The position numbers and the translations under genes were made by a program. A DNA stretch of 44,471 bases from Methanobacteriaceae archaeon (GTDB lineage: Archaea > Methanobacteriota > Methanobacteria > Methanobacteriales > Methanobacteriaceae): contig PWMT01000027.1 of assembly GCA_003558085.1 (NCBI GenBank), positions 1 to 44,471 of the forward strand, read 5' to 3'. Of the stretch, positions 10,601-19,195 are shown piece by piece; positions within the stretch are counted from its first letter, which is position 1, and the number at the start of each line of letters is the position of its first letter. The notes under the pieces were generated by a model that saw only the letters and a program-made list of their open reading frames with translations, was not told the DNA's origin and ran no database searches.

Positions 10601-10730
10601 TAGTCAATTCTTTAATTTTAAAATGAATAAATTTTTTCACCAGGCAATTTAAAAAAATTAATTAGATACCTTTTAATTGCTTAACAATCTGCAATTTTTA
10701 ATGCTTTGAATTCCCCCTAAAAAATATTTT

Positions 10731-11567
10731 TTATAATTTAATAACCATTCCCGTAGAAAGATATTCAAGCTTACTACCCATCACTTCTTTTAAAAGCAGA
10801 TAAGGTTTTATTTCAGTACAATGTCCCGTGTAAACTTTCCCTAGAGGATATTTCAGTATTTTATCAGCAATTTCTTTTACTTCAAAGATGCACTCCTCCC
10901 TATTATTGAAGGCCGATTCTATAATATGAAAACCACCTAAAACTGCTTTTATAGGTTTTCCTCTAAATTTATTCCGGGCTGTTTCTATCATATTTAATAT
11001 GCCTTGATGGGAACATCCACTAAAAATAGTTATTCCGTCCTTTTCCTCGATGACCATCAAAAGCTCGTGGAGAAAATCATCCCTTATTAATTGCCTGTTT
11101 TTTTCCTGGTATAGAAATTTATTGTCTGGGGGTTGGGGATAGATTTTTTTAATGGAGCTTAGTAGATGCACATTCTCCAATATTTCCAGGTCCTGGGTCA
11201 GATATCTTATCTGCTGGGAGTTTTTTTCTAAAACCGTTTTATCCCAGGTAATATTCTTCTTGGTTCCATTATCATAAACACGGTAATAATTACCTATCTT
11301 TTTTGTATAGACTGGGGCATGTTTATTTTCCTTAAAAAAAGTTTCCAAGCCACCCCCATGGTCATAGTGTCCGTGGGATATTATTACTGTGTCAACTTCA
11401 TTGAGATCAATACCTAGTTCTTTGGCGTTTTCAGCGAAGTAACCACTTGCTCCGGTATCAAAAAGTATATTTTGTTTCTCTTTTTGGATGTGGAGAGAAA
11501 GACCATGCTCATTAATTAAATTAGAATTTTCCAATTTTTTATCATCAATTAAAGTGGTTATTATCAA
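10731..11567 (-). CDS. MBL-fold metallo-hydrolase (EHGLS / dihydropteroate-synthase-like MBL group)
   Basis: EHGLS, LFDTG, SHGHYDH, GCSH, GGFH and GHCT motifs. Confidence 0.88.
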   Translation of the reverse strand: MIITTLIDDKKLENSNLINEHGLSLHIQKEKQNILFDTGASGYFAENAKELGIDLNEVDTVIISHGHYDHGGGLETFFKENKHAPVYTKKIGNYYRVYDNGTKKNITWDKTVLEKNSQQIRYLTQDLEILENVHLLSSIKKIYPQPPDNKFLYQEKNRQLIRDDFLHELLMVIEEKDGITIFSGCSHQGILNMIETARNKFRGKPIKAVLGGFHIIESAFNNREECIFEVKEIADKILKYPLGKVYTGHCTEIKPYLLLKEVMGSKLEYLSTGMVIKL

Positions 11568-11803
11568 TATTTTACCCCAAATATCAATTTTGATTATTAA
11601 TATCTGTTTATCTTAATATAAATCTCTATTATAGAAAAAATAATCAATTCTTCACCATTAAAACTTTTTTTTTATAGTTTTATAAGGCTAATCTTTAATT
11701 AAAAACATCATATATTTTTTATTTAATAAACTAAATTCCATAAGGCCTTTATTATTTTGGCAAATTTTATATTATTGTAAAAGAGAAATAAATGGTTATG
11801 GTC

Positions 11804-13057
11804 ATGCAGATTTCTACCGATGTTAGCGGAAGAAGTGGTATAGATTGTGGGGGTTTTTGCAAGTTCTGTTTTTATAAAAATGTTGATTTTAATAATTTAA
11901 AACCCATAGGTTGTGTAAATTGCCCTCCCCATACAAAAGGATGCTCTTATTGTCAAAGTATTATGGATAGAGTATCCAGTGATTATAAACCTCTTTATAA
12001 CGTTTTAGAAGACCTGGTGCAAAAATTTTCAAAAATTAATTGGAGTACCTTAAATCCTAAAGATCTTCAGATACTGGTAATCGGGGGAGCGGATATATTT
12101 AACTATCCCGAGCTCTACAAGCTTGTTTCTAAATTAAAAGAACTTCCATTTTCATTACATTTGGGATATACTAGTGGAAAACCTATAAAAAATCATAAAA
12201 TGCCTGAAAAATTGATTTCATTAGGGGTGGATGAGGTGAGTTTTTCAATTTTTTCCACAAATCCAGAAATGAGAAGAAAATGGATGAGGGATACCAGTCC
12301 TGATCAATCCATTAAAGGTTTTAAAATCTTCTCTGAAAACATTGATCTCAATGCATCTGCTGTAATTATTCCCGGAGTAAATGATGGAGAGCAACTAATT
12401 GAAACCTGCGTAAATCTAGAAGATTGGGGTATAAAATCATTTGCCTTAAGAAGATTTGCTAATTTCAACTATCAAGGACTTATATTGAATAAAAAACCAA
12501 TATTGGATGGAATAACCCCTCAAACTTATGAAGAATTCCAATCATTAGTCTACAAGGTTTCTGAAGAATTTTCTTTCAAAGTAATTGGTTTTCCCTTATA
12601 TTACTCTAAAAAAGATTTACCCTTCGCCATATTGAAAAAAAATAACCAAAGCATGCTTAGAGAATTACCTAAAATCAAAACAAAAGCTTCAGTTTTAACT
12701 GGCAAATTAGCTTCACCTTTTTTGAAAAAATTTTTTGAATTAGTTGATGATTTGAATCTGGTGAATGTTATTACTCTGGGAAAAGAAATCGCTGATTTAA
12801 TTACCCAAGAAGATTTGGAGTTAATGGACCTTGCTGAAGTTAAATCTAATGTGATTATTCCCAGAGGGGCTTTGGTTCATGATAAAGAAGTTAAGAAAAT
12901 TTTAAATAGTGACGGTAAGTTTAGAAAAATGGTTAGGGGTTCTTTGGATTTAACCTATCCTTATAATGAAAATGTAGATGATTCCCAAGAAGATTTCAAA
13001 AAATTTGAACTAAAATGTTTTAAAGATTTGATTGATACCATAAATTCTTTTAAATAA
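11804..13057 (+). CDS. Mmp10-like cobalamin-dependent radical SAM protein (methanogenesis marker 10 homologue, divergent)
   Basis: N-terminal DCGGFCKFC (CxxxCxxC), a second CxxC-x6-CxxC loop, HLGYTSGK, IIPGVNDG, RFAN...GLIL and IADLIT..DL, matching the Mmp10 family layout. ATG at 11792 is an alternative start. Confidence 0.8.
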   Translation: MQISTDVSGRSGIDCGGFCKFCFYKNVDFNNLKPIGCVNCPPHTKGCSYCQSIMDRVSSDYKPLYNVLEDLVQKFSKINWSTLNPKDLQILVIGGADIFNYPELYKLVSKLKELPFSLHLGYTSGKPIKNHKMPEKLISLGVDEVSFSIFSTNPEMRRKWMRDTSPDQSIKGFKIFSENIDLNASAVIIPGVNDGEQLIETCVNLEDWGIKSFALRRFANFNYQGLILNKKPILDGITPQTYEEFQSLVYKVSEEFSFKVIGFPLYYSKKDLPFAILKKNNQSMLRELPKIKTKASVLTGKLASPFLKKFFELVDDLNLVNVITLGKEIADLITQEDLELMDLAEVKSNVIIPRGALVHDKEVKKILNSDGKFRKMVRGSLDLTYPYNENVDDSQEDFKKFELKCFKDLIDTINSFK

Positions 13058-13212
13058 TGTTAAGAATATATCCAAAAAAAAAATTATTTCAATTTTTAAG
13101 CAAAAAATTAATTATACTAAACAACTAAAGAATAATATTTAATAATAAAATTATCAGCCATGCTTATTTTTTTAATTAATGGCGATATTTACTGGTAGTT
13201 AGGGGTAGGGCG

Positions 13213-13764
13213 ATGTCAATTAAAAGGATTATATTAATAATAATCACCTTTTCTATATTGTCTGTTTTATTTTTAACATTGATTTTTGAAACTCAATTTC
13301 TAAGTTGGATTGAACTTAACTGGTTTTCTCTGCTGCTAATAATTCTAATAGTTGCAATTTTTATAGCATTTATATTAGGATTTTCAATAGATTATTTATA
13401 TCCGAAGATTTCCAAGAAGTCAAGATTTTCACAAACCACCCAACTTAAAAAACCCCGCAAAAAATTAGCAAAACTAATTTTACCCAGAGATAATCAATTA
13501 ATTATAGATTATTACGAAAGAGTTTATGGTAGAGCAGATTTTATAGGATTATTGGTAATAGATAAACTAAATTTCATAGGAAGAGAGCATTTCAAAATTA
13601 CTAAATTGGATGATGGAATTTATATTGAAGATCTTGATACCAAAAACGGAACAAAGGTTAATGGGGAAGAAATAAAAGGCTTAGATAAAGTTAAACTGAA
13701 AAATAATGATTCAATACTGGTTGCCAAGGTATTAGAACTAAAATTCGTGACAGAATCTGAATAA
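13213..13764 (+). CDS. Membrane-anchored FHA-domain protein
   Basis: Two N-terminal TM helices; C-terminal FHA motifs YGR, REHF and IEDLDTKNGTKVNG. Confidence 0.88.
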   Translation: MSIKRIILIIITFSILSVLFLTLIFETQFLSWIELNWFSLLLIILIVAIFIAFILGFSIDYLYPKISKKSRFSQTTQLKKPRKKLAKLILPRDNQLIIDYYERVYGRADFIGLLVIDKLNFIGREHFKITKLDDGIYIEDLDTKNGTKVNGEEIKGLDKVKLKNNDSILVAKVLELKFVTESE

Positions 13765-13806
13765 TAATGATTCATTTCTATAATTTTAAAATATTGGATT
13801 AAGAAT

Positions 13807-14892
13807 ATGCAATGTGAATATAGGGGATGTGAGGAAGAGGTTTTTAATGAAAATGATTTATGTATTCTCCATATCAATTTACCCCTTGATGAAAACAGTG
13901 AAGAATTCAAAATAATCAACCAATTAAAAGAAGATAAAATAGAGGAGAGGAAAAAAAACCATAATCTAAATTTTAAAGGAGTTAATCTTTTAAATGCGAA
14001 CTTCCAGGAATTTGAAACGGAAAAGGACATAATATTAACTGATTCTTTCATAAAAAATAACCTATTATTTGAAAATGCCTGGATTGGTGGAGATGTATGG
14101 GCCGATAAAATCAAGATAGAAGGAAGCCTTTTTTTTGAAATGGCCCAGTTTGAGGGCAGTGTTTCTTTTTTCAATGCTGAAATAAATGGAAATATTTTCT
14201 TCGATCATTGTCAAATTGGATATTATATGTGGTTTCAGAATGCCATTATAGGTGGAGATTTATCCTTTAATCATATTAAAACAGGAGGAAGTATTTCTTT
14301 TAAAAATGCCCAATTAAATCACAATGTTTCCTTCAATGCTGCACAAATAGGGGGTAATGCCTGGTTTGATAAAGCTTATATTAAAGGAAACACTTATTTC
14401 GATCTTTTAAATGTAGTTGGGACTTTAAATTTTTTTAATACAAAATTTGAAAATTCTAAAGGACAGGAAAGAGCCTATAGGTCTGCAAAAATAATTTGGG
14501 AGAGATATGGTGATAGGGAAAGAGCAGATTACAACTTTTATCATGAAATGGAGGCCAAAAGAAAACAGAAACATTTTTATTTACGCTATCCAGAATTAAT
14601 TGTGCAATATATTTTTGGCTATGGGGTATATCCCCTACGAGTTTTATTTGCATATATAGGTCTATTTTTCTTATTTGCATTTATTTACTGGTATTTGGAT
14701 GGGTTTGGCTCATATGATTCCCTAATTAATAAATTAAAATTCAGTTTTATCACTCTTATTATCCCAGCTTATGGGGTGGTAATAGATCCTAGAACGGGAT
14801 TTTATGGCTTTTTAACCATTATACAGGCAGGTATCGGCGCTTTCACCTGGCCCCTTTTTGTGGTGATCTTTGCCCGAAAATTCATGCGGTAA
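13807..14892 (+). CDS. Pentapeptide-repeat protein with C-terminal 2TM channel-like domain
   Basis: N-terminal C-x4-C...C-x2-H motif, repeated (F)xNAxIxGxxxF units, GYGVYPLRV followed by two TM helices flanking a pore-like segment. Confidence 0.8.
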   Translation: MQCEYRGCEEEVFNENDLCILHINLPLDENSEEFKIINQLKEDKIEERKKNHNLNFKGVNLLNANFQEFETEKDIILTDSFIKNNLLFENAWIGGDVWADKIKIEGSLFFEMAQFEGSVSFFNAEINGNIFFDHCQIGYYMWFQNAIIGGDLSFNHIKTGGSISFKNAQLNHNVSFNAAQIGGNAWFDKAYIKGNTYFDLLNVVGTLNFFNTKFENSKGQERAYRSAKIIWERYGDRERADYNFYHEMEAKRKQKHFYLRYPELIVQYIFGYGVYPLRVLFAYIGLFFLFAFIYWYLDGFGSYDSLINKLKFSFITLIIPAYGVVIDPRTGFYGFLTIIQAGIGAFTWPLFVVIFARKFMR

Positions 14893-14988
14893 AAATTAAA
14901 TTCATGTTAAAGCATTTTTCTTACTTTTTTTCTTATAACCATTCGAAAATCCTTTATTATAATCCTGCAGGAAATAATCATAATAAAT

Positions 14989-16455
14989 TTAATCAACTTT
15001 TTGCGTATCAATGCCCATCACAGCATACATCACATTCCCGGGGTCACTGATGGAGGTTATGCTGATCCCTGATTTTTTTCCAATAGATGATCGACTATTA
15101 GGATTGGTTTTATCATTAAATATACGATTTTCAGTTTCTCCAGGAAAAACATCACCATGATCTCCTTGAACTTCTAAAAATTTTTTTAACTCATCCTCTG
15201 TTGGTCTGAATTTATTAGAATCCTTTACCATAAATATGCGTTTTTCTAATTCATTTTTACCATCTGCTTGGTTTAAGCGTATAAAAAGCGATTTAGGGTC
15301 TAAATTGGGAAACTTTATATCTTTATAATTTTCTTCATTAACATGCCAGATTAAAAGACCCTCACCAGGTATATGTTCATCAAAGCCTTTTTTCGCACGA
15401 TTTTCAACTAAGAAATATTCTTTACCTTCTGAGGAGGGAATAACTAATTTATAAATTTTACTACCCTTATTAAAACCAGTGATTTCATATTTTTTAGGTC
15501 TCTTGTTGATGTTGATAGGTTCCTGCCATCCTAAATGCATTTTGCACCAGGCACTCAAATGTCCGGGGGTTTTCCCATCATCATTATAGTTTCCTCCGGC
15601 CATTAAACACCATTTTCCTACTATATTGGATGACCTGTCTGGTAGATACAGATCTGGAAGTCCTAAACTATGGCCCATCTCATGACAATATCCTCCCAGA
15701 TCAAAAGAAGGGATTTCATTGTTTATGATATAATTATCTACTATAAGACCATCTTCTAATTGTATAGGCTCTTTTAACTGATTTCTATGGGGAGATATAT
15801 CCTTATAATTCATGGTTCTATGAGATCCTTTACCGGCACACACCACTATGAGTAAATCTATACACCCATTTTTTTTATTATCAAACTTTGTAAAATCCAG
15901 GGTGCTGCTATTTTGAGCCTCTAAAACTATTTCTTTAACTAAATCGGTTGCTTTTGGCATTCGCCATCCTAAAGTATCCTGATTCATATTTTCTGAATCC
16001 ACATAGCTCGAATAATTATTATTGGCTTCGAACCAACCTAAAACTTCTCCATCAATTTCCAGCTTGCCTCCGGAATTTTCTATAAAATAATTTTTCATAC
16101 TCTTTTTTTTATCATCAAATAAAAGTTCTCTAAATTCTTCCTTTTTAGTGTTATTTGTTTTATCTTTAAAATTTACCAGCAATACCAGAGCATTTTTTTT
16201 ACCTATAACTGGATCTTTTTTACGATAATCAATAGCTGAATCCGCCTTAAATTGATCCAACATTAGATAATTGCGGATCCAATTTTGTTTACATTGTTCA
16301 TAGGTTCTTGTAGTTACACCAGTCTTTTTTTCAATTTCATCTTCATCTAAGTCCTTCTTCAACAAGTTGACGAATTGCAACATCCTTTTAAATACTTCGG
16401 GATGAGATCTTCTCAGATGCACTCCTGTAACGATTTCTTCTAGATTTTTATTCAT
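14989..16455 (-). CDS. M6 family (immune inhibitor A-like) zinc metalloprotease
   Basis: LVLLVNFKD, SMKNYFIENSGG, HEMGHSLGLPDLY, WCLMAGG Met-turn, HLSAWCK, EYFLVENR and GLLIWHV. No signal peptide. SD GGGGGT. Confidence 0.9.
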   Translation of the reverse strand: MNKNLEEIVTGVHLRRSHPEVFKRMLQFVNLLKKDLDEDEIEKKTGVTTRTYEQCKQNWIRNYLMLDQFKADSAIDYRKKDPVIGKKNALVLLVNFKDKTNNTKKEEFRELLFDDKKKSMKNYFIENSGGKLEIDGEVLGWFEANNNYSSYVDSENMNQDTLGWRMPKATDLVKEIVLEAQNSSTLDFTKFDNKKNGCIDLLIVVCAGKGSHRTMNYKDISPHRNQLKEPIQLEDGLIVDNYIINNEIPSFDLGGYCHEMGHSLGLPDLYLPDRSSNIVGKWCLMAGGNYNDDGKTPGHLSAWCKMHLGWQEPININKRPKKYEITGFNKGSKIYKLVIPSSEGKEYFLVENRAKKGFDEHIPGEGLLIWHVNEENYKDIKFPNLDPKSLFIRLNQADGKNELEKRIFMVKDSNKFRPTEDELKKFLEVQGDHGDVFPGETENRIFNDKTNPNSRSSIGKKSGISITSISDPGNVMYAVMGIDTQKVD

Positions 16456-16602
16456 TAAATAACCCCCAAAGTATTATATAATATAAAGTATAAAAATGTC
16501 TTTTTTAAATAATTATGGATATATAAGTAATACTTTGATTAACTATAAATCATATAAATTATAATATAATATAAAGATTTTTTTGGCGGGGGGGGTTAGA
16601 TT

Positions 16603-16773
16603 TTGAGTCGAGAAGAAGAAATAAAAAATTTAGAAGATTTCAAAGATGGCTATAAAAAAGGTTTTGCTGATGGATATATGGAGGCTATGAAAGAAGTCTT
16701 TAAAATGCAGGAAAAAATGGATAAAGAAAGTATGACCACACCGGGTGTTCAACCAAGATCAATTTGGTGGTAA
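16603..16773 (+). CDS. Small 56-aa protein MSREEEIKNLEDFKDGYKKGFADGYMEAMKEVFKMQEKMDKESMTTPGVQPRSIWW (absent from the ORF track)
   Basis: Hand translation: TTG at 16603 after a G8 SD-like run (16588-16595), purine-rich coding-like composition, TAA at 16771-16773, then a T-tract. Confidence 0.8.
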   Translation: MSREEEIKNLEDFKDGYKKGFADGYMEAMKEVFKMQEKMDKESMTTPGVQPRSIWW

Positions 16774-16952
16774 TCAGAATTAATTTTTTACTAATAAAAT
16801 GATATTTTAAATCTTAAATTAATTGTAAATTGGCTTATACACTACTGGCTTCAATATCCTTTCATTTAGTTAGTTTTTAATTAACTAAATAAATTTATGG
16901 ATCTGGGGGGATTAAAATTTCAGTTAAGATCTATAATAGAAAGTTAAAATAC

Positions 16953-19181
16953 TTGATTATGGTGTTAGTTTTCTTTTTAATCTTATCTCCAATACATGCT
17001 AGTAATGAAAAACCCTCGGTTGTATTTGATGAGACTGGCCCTTATTATAATTTTTTTACTATATTCAATTTAGGTGGGACCGGTTCTTCTATTTTTGCTA
17101 ATCTACTAGAATCAAATGGGTTTTCAGTTTCGCGATTGACAGGGTCTCCTATAACTGACCAGAATCTTCAAGAACATGATGTTTTAATTGTAATGGCCCC
17201 TGCACGTAATTACACAGATGATGAAATTCAATCCATAAAAAAATTTGTTAATGATGGTGGGGGATTGTTTTTATTAGGTGATAATTGGGGGGTGGAGGAT
17301 GGTAATGAAAATTATGCCTATAATCTACTTGCCCAAAGTTTTGGATTAAGTTTTTCTTATAATGAAGCTTTAGTAGACTCTGAAAATTATATAGGATTGC
17401 ACGACTTTGTTATAATTTCTGATATTCAATCTAGCTCGCTAACAACTAATCTAGACAAATTAAATTACATGCAAGGATCTTATATTAAAGATCCAGGTTC
17501 TTCAGAAATTCAGGCCTTATCTAGTTCTAATTCATGGGGAGATCAATTAACACTAACAGATAGCGGATTTTCCGAACCGGATTTTAATAAAGATCCAAAT
17601 GAAGTTTCAGGTCCTCTACCTGTGCTTACTACTTTAGATTATGGCCAGGGAAGAGTAGTATTTTTTGGTTCGGTAAGAAGCTTTAATAATGCTTGGATTT
17701 ATAGGAGCGATAACTGGAAACTGGGAATTAACAGTGTAAACTGGTTAGCAGGTAGACCAGCACCCAGCACTTATGAAGAAGCAGGCTTATTTTCACCTAC
17801 CCTAGCTGATTTACAAAATTATATTATGGGATTTTTTGGATACAGTTTACTACTTATAAGTGCTTTAGTTTTCAAAATAAACAAAGATAAGAAAGATAAA
17901 AAATCAAAACCATTTAAAATCATTAAAAACTGGAAATATAATGCTCTAATGGCTTTAAATGCAATATTTATAATTTTAGTAATTATTATCTTTATTAGCT
18001 CTAATATGATATTTTTTGATATAGCAAACCATCAGTTATTTGACGTTAACTTGGGGTATACTCTTTTAATTACGGGAATTCCATTAATTTTCTTCTCCAG
18101 TTTAATTCTCTATAACATATACGCCCGTTTAAGAATTAAGGTTAATTTTAACTATTTTAGCATTTTTATACTTATTTTATTTACAGGTTTAACCGCATTT
18201 CTGGGAAATTTATTCTCTTTTCCTATAATGGGTATTTTTACCGGTTTAAGTTTATTTTTAATTTTACCTTTTGCTGTTAATCTCTGGATTAACCATAAAT
18301 ATGGTTCGGAGATTATCATTGAAGGTAAAGAATTCAACCGTCTAGAAAAACTTTCTCTTAAATCATTACCCTACGAGCTTCAATCCATTTATCAAGAATC
18401 TTCCTTTATTGGTGAAGGTGGTTTTGGTCGTGTATTTAAGGCTCAAAGAAATGATGGTCAGGATGTTGCCATAAAGATACCAAAAAGCTTTGATAAAAGG
18501 TCGGAGAAGATTTTTGTTAGTGAAGTGGCCAACTGGGAGAATTTAATCCATCCCCACATAGTTAGGTTATATGACTACAAGATCTTGCCTATACCCTACC
18601 TTGAAATGGAGTACTGCGAATCTTCATTAAGTTATGGACCAAAAACCGTGGAAGAATCAGTTTCCGTCATCTATGAAGTGGCACAGGGATTAAAATATGC
18701 TCATGGTAAAAATATTATCCATGGAGATATAAAAAACACCAATATCATGAGCTGTAATGGAATTTATAAAATTTCCGATTGGGGACTGAGCAAATTACAT
18801 CTTGATGAATCAGTTACTGTTTCCGGGGTTACTCCCCATTATGCTGCACCAGAACAAATATCTCGTGAATTTGGAAAAGCAGATAGAAGAACCGATATTT
18901 ATCAGCTGGGAATTATATTCTATGAACAATTAACTGGAAATTTACCCTTTAAAGGAGAAATTTCAAAAGTTTATGACTCTATATTAAATACCCAGCCAGT
19001 TTTTCCTTCGGTAATAAACCCAGATGCAGCTTTAGCTGATAAAATAGTAATGAAATGTTTAAGCAAAAACAAAAAAGAAAGATACAACTCAATGGATGAA
19101 TTACTCCAAGATCTGGAACCATTCTATAAACCAAGATCAACAAGCGATAAAACGGTTTTTTTAGATAAAGAAGTAGATTAA
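16953..19181 (+). CDS. Receptor-like Hanks-type Ser/Thr protein kinase (extracellular GldG/GATase-like domain, about 5 TM, kinase)
   Basis: Signal peptide; VLIVMAP...FVNDGGGLFLLGD...GQGRVVFFG (GldG/GIFT-like); TM bundle; GEGGFGRV, VAIK, HGDIKNTN, DWGL, YAAPEQ and DIYQLG. The true start may be ATT at 16917. Confidence 0.92.
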   Translation: MIMVLVFFLILSPIHASNEKPSVVFDETGPYYNFFTIFNLGGTGSSIFANLLESNGFSVSRLTGSPITDQNLQEHDVLIVMAPARNYTDDEIQSIKKFVNDGGGLFLLGDNWGVEDGNENYAYNLLAQSFGLSFSYNEALVDSENYIGLHDFVIISDIQSSSLTTNLDKLNYMQGSYIKDPGSSEIQALSSSNSWGDQLTLTDSGFSEPDFNKDPNEVSGPLPVLTTLDYGQGRVVFFGSVRSFNNAWIYRSDNWKLGINSVNWLAGRPAPSTYEEAGLFSPTLADLQNYIMGFFGYSLLLISALVFKINKDKKDKKSKPFKIIKNWKYNALMALNAIFIILVIIIFISSNMIFFDIANHQLFDVNLGYTLLITGIPLIFFSSLILYNIYARLRIKVNFNYFSIFILILFTGLTAFLGNLFSFPIMGIFTGLSLFLILPFAVNLWINHKYGSEIIIEGKEFNRLEKLSLKSLPYELQSIYQESSFIGEGGFGRVFKAQRNDGQDVAIKIPKSFDKRSEKIFVSEVANWENLIHPHIVRLYDYKILPIPYLEMEYCESSLSYGPKTVEESVSVIYEVAQGLKYAHGKNIIHGDIKNTNIMSCNGIYKISDWGLSKLHLDESVTVSGVTPHYAAPEQISREFGKADRRTDIYQLGIIFYEQLTGNLPFKGEISKVYDSILNTQPVFPSVINPDAALADKIVMKCLSKNKKERYNSMDELLQDLEPFYKPRSTSDKTVFLDKEVD

Positions 19182-19195
19182 AAATTTATAGATTA

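Noticed and set aside
7658-13161. ATCAGCCATG shared upstream of the ferredoxin and FHA genes
   Set aside because: Only two copies, at different distances from the starts; compatible with chance.
13620-14174. 184-aa minus-strand ORF
   Set aside because: Antisense to the FHA and pentapeptide genes; Ser/Phe/Leu-rich shadow with no motifs.
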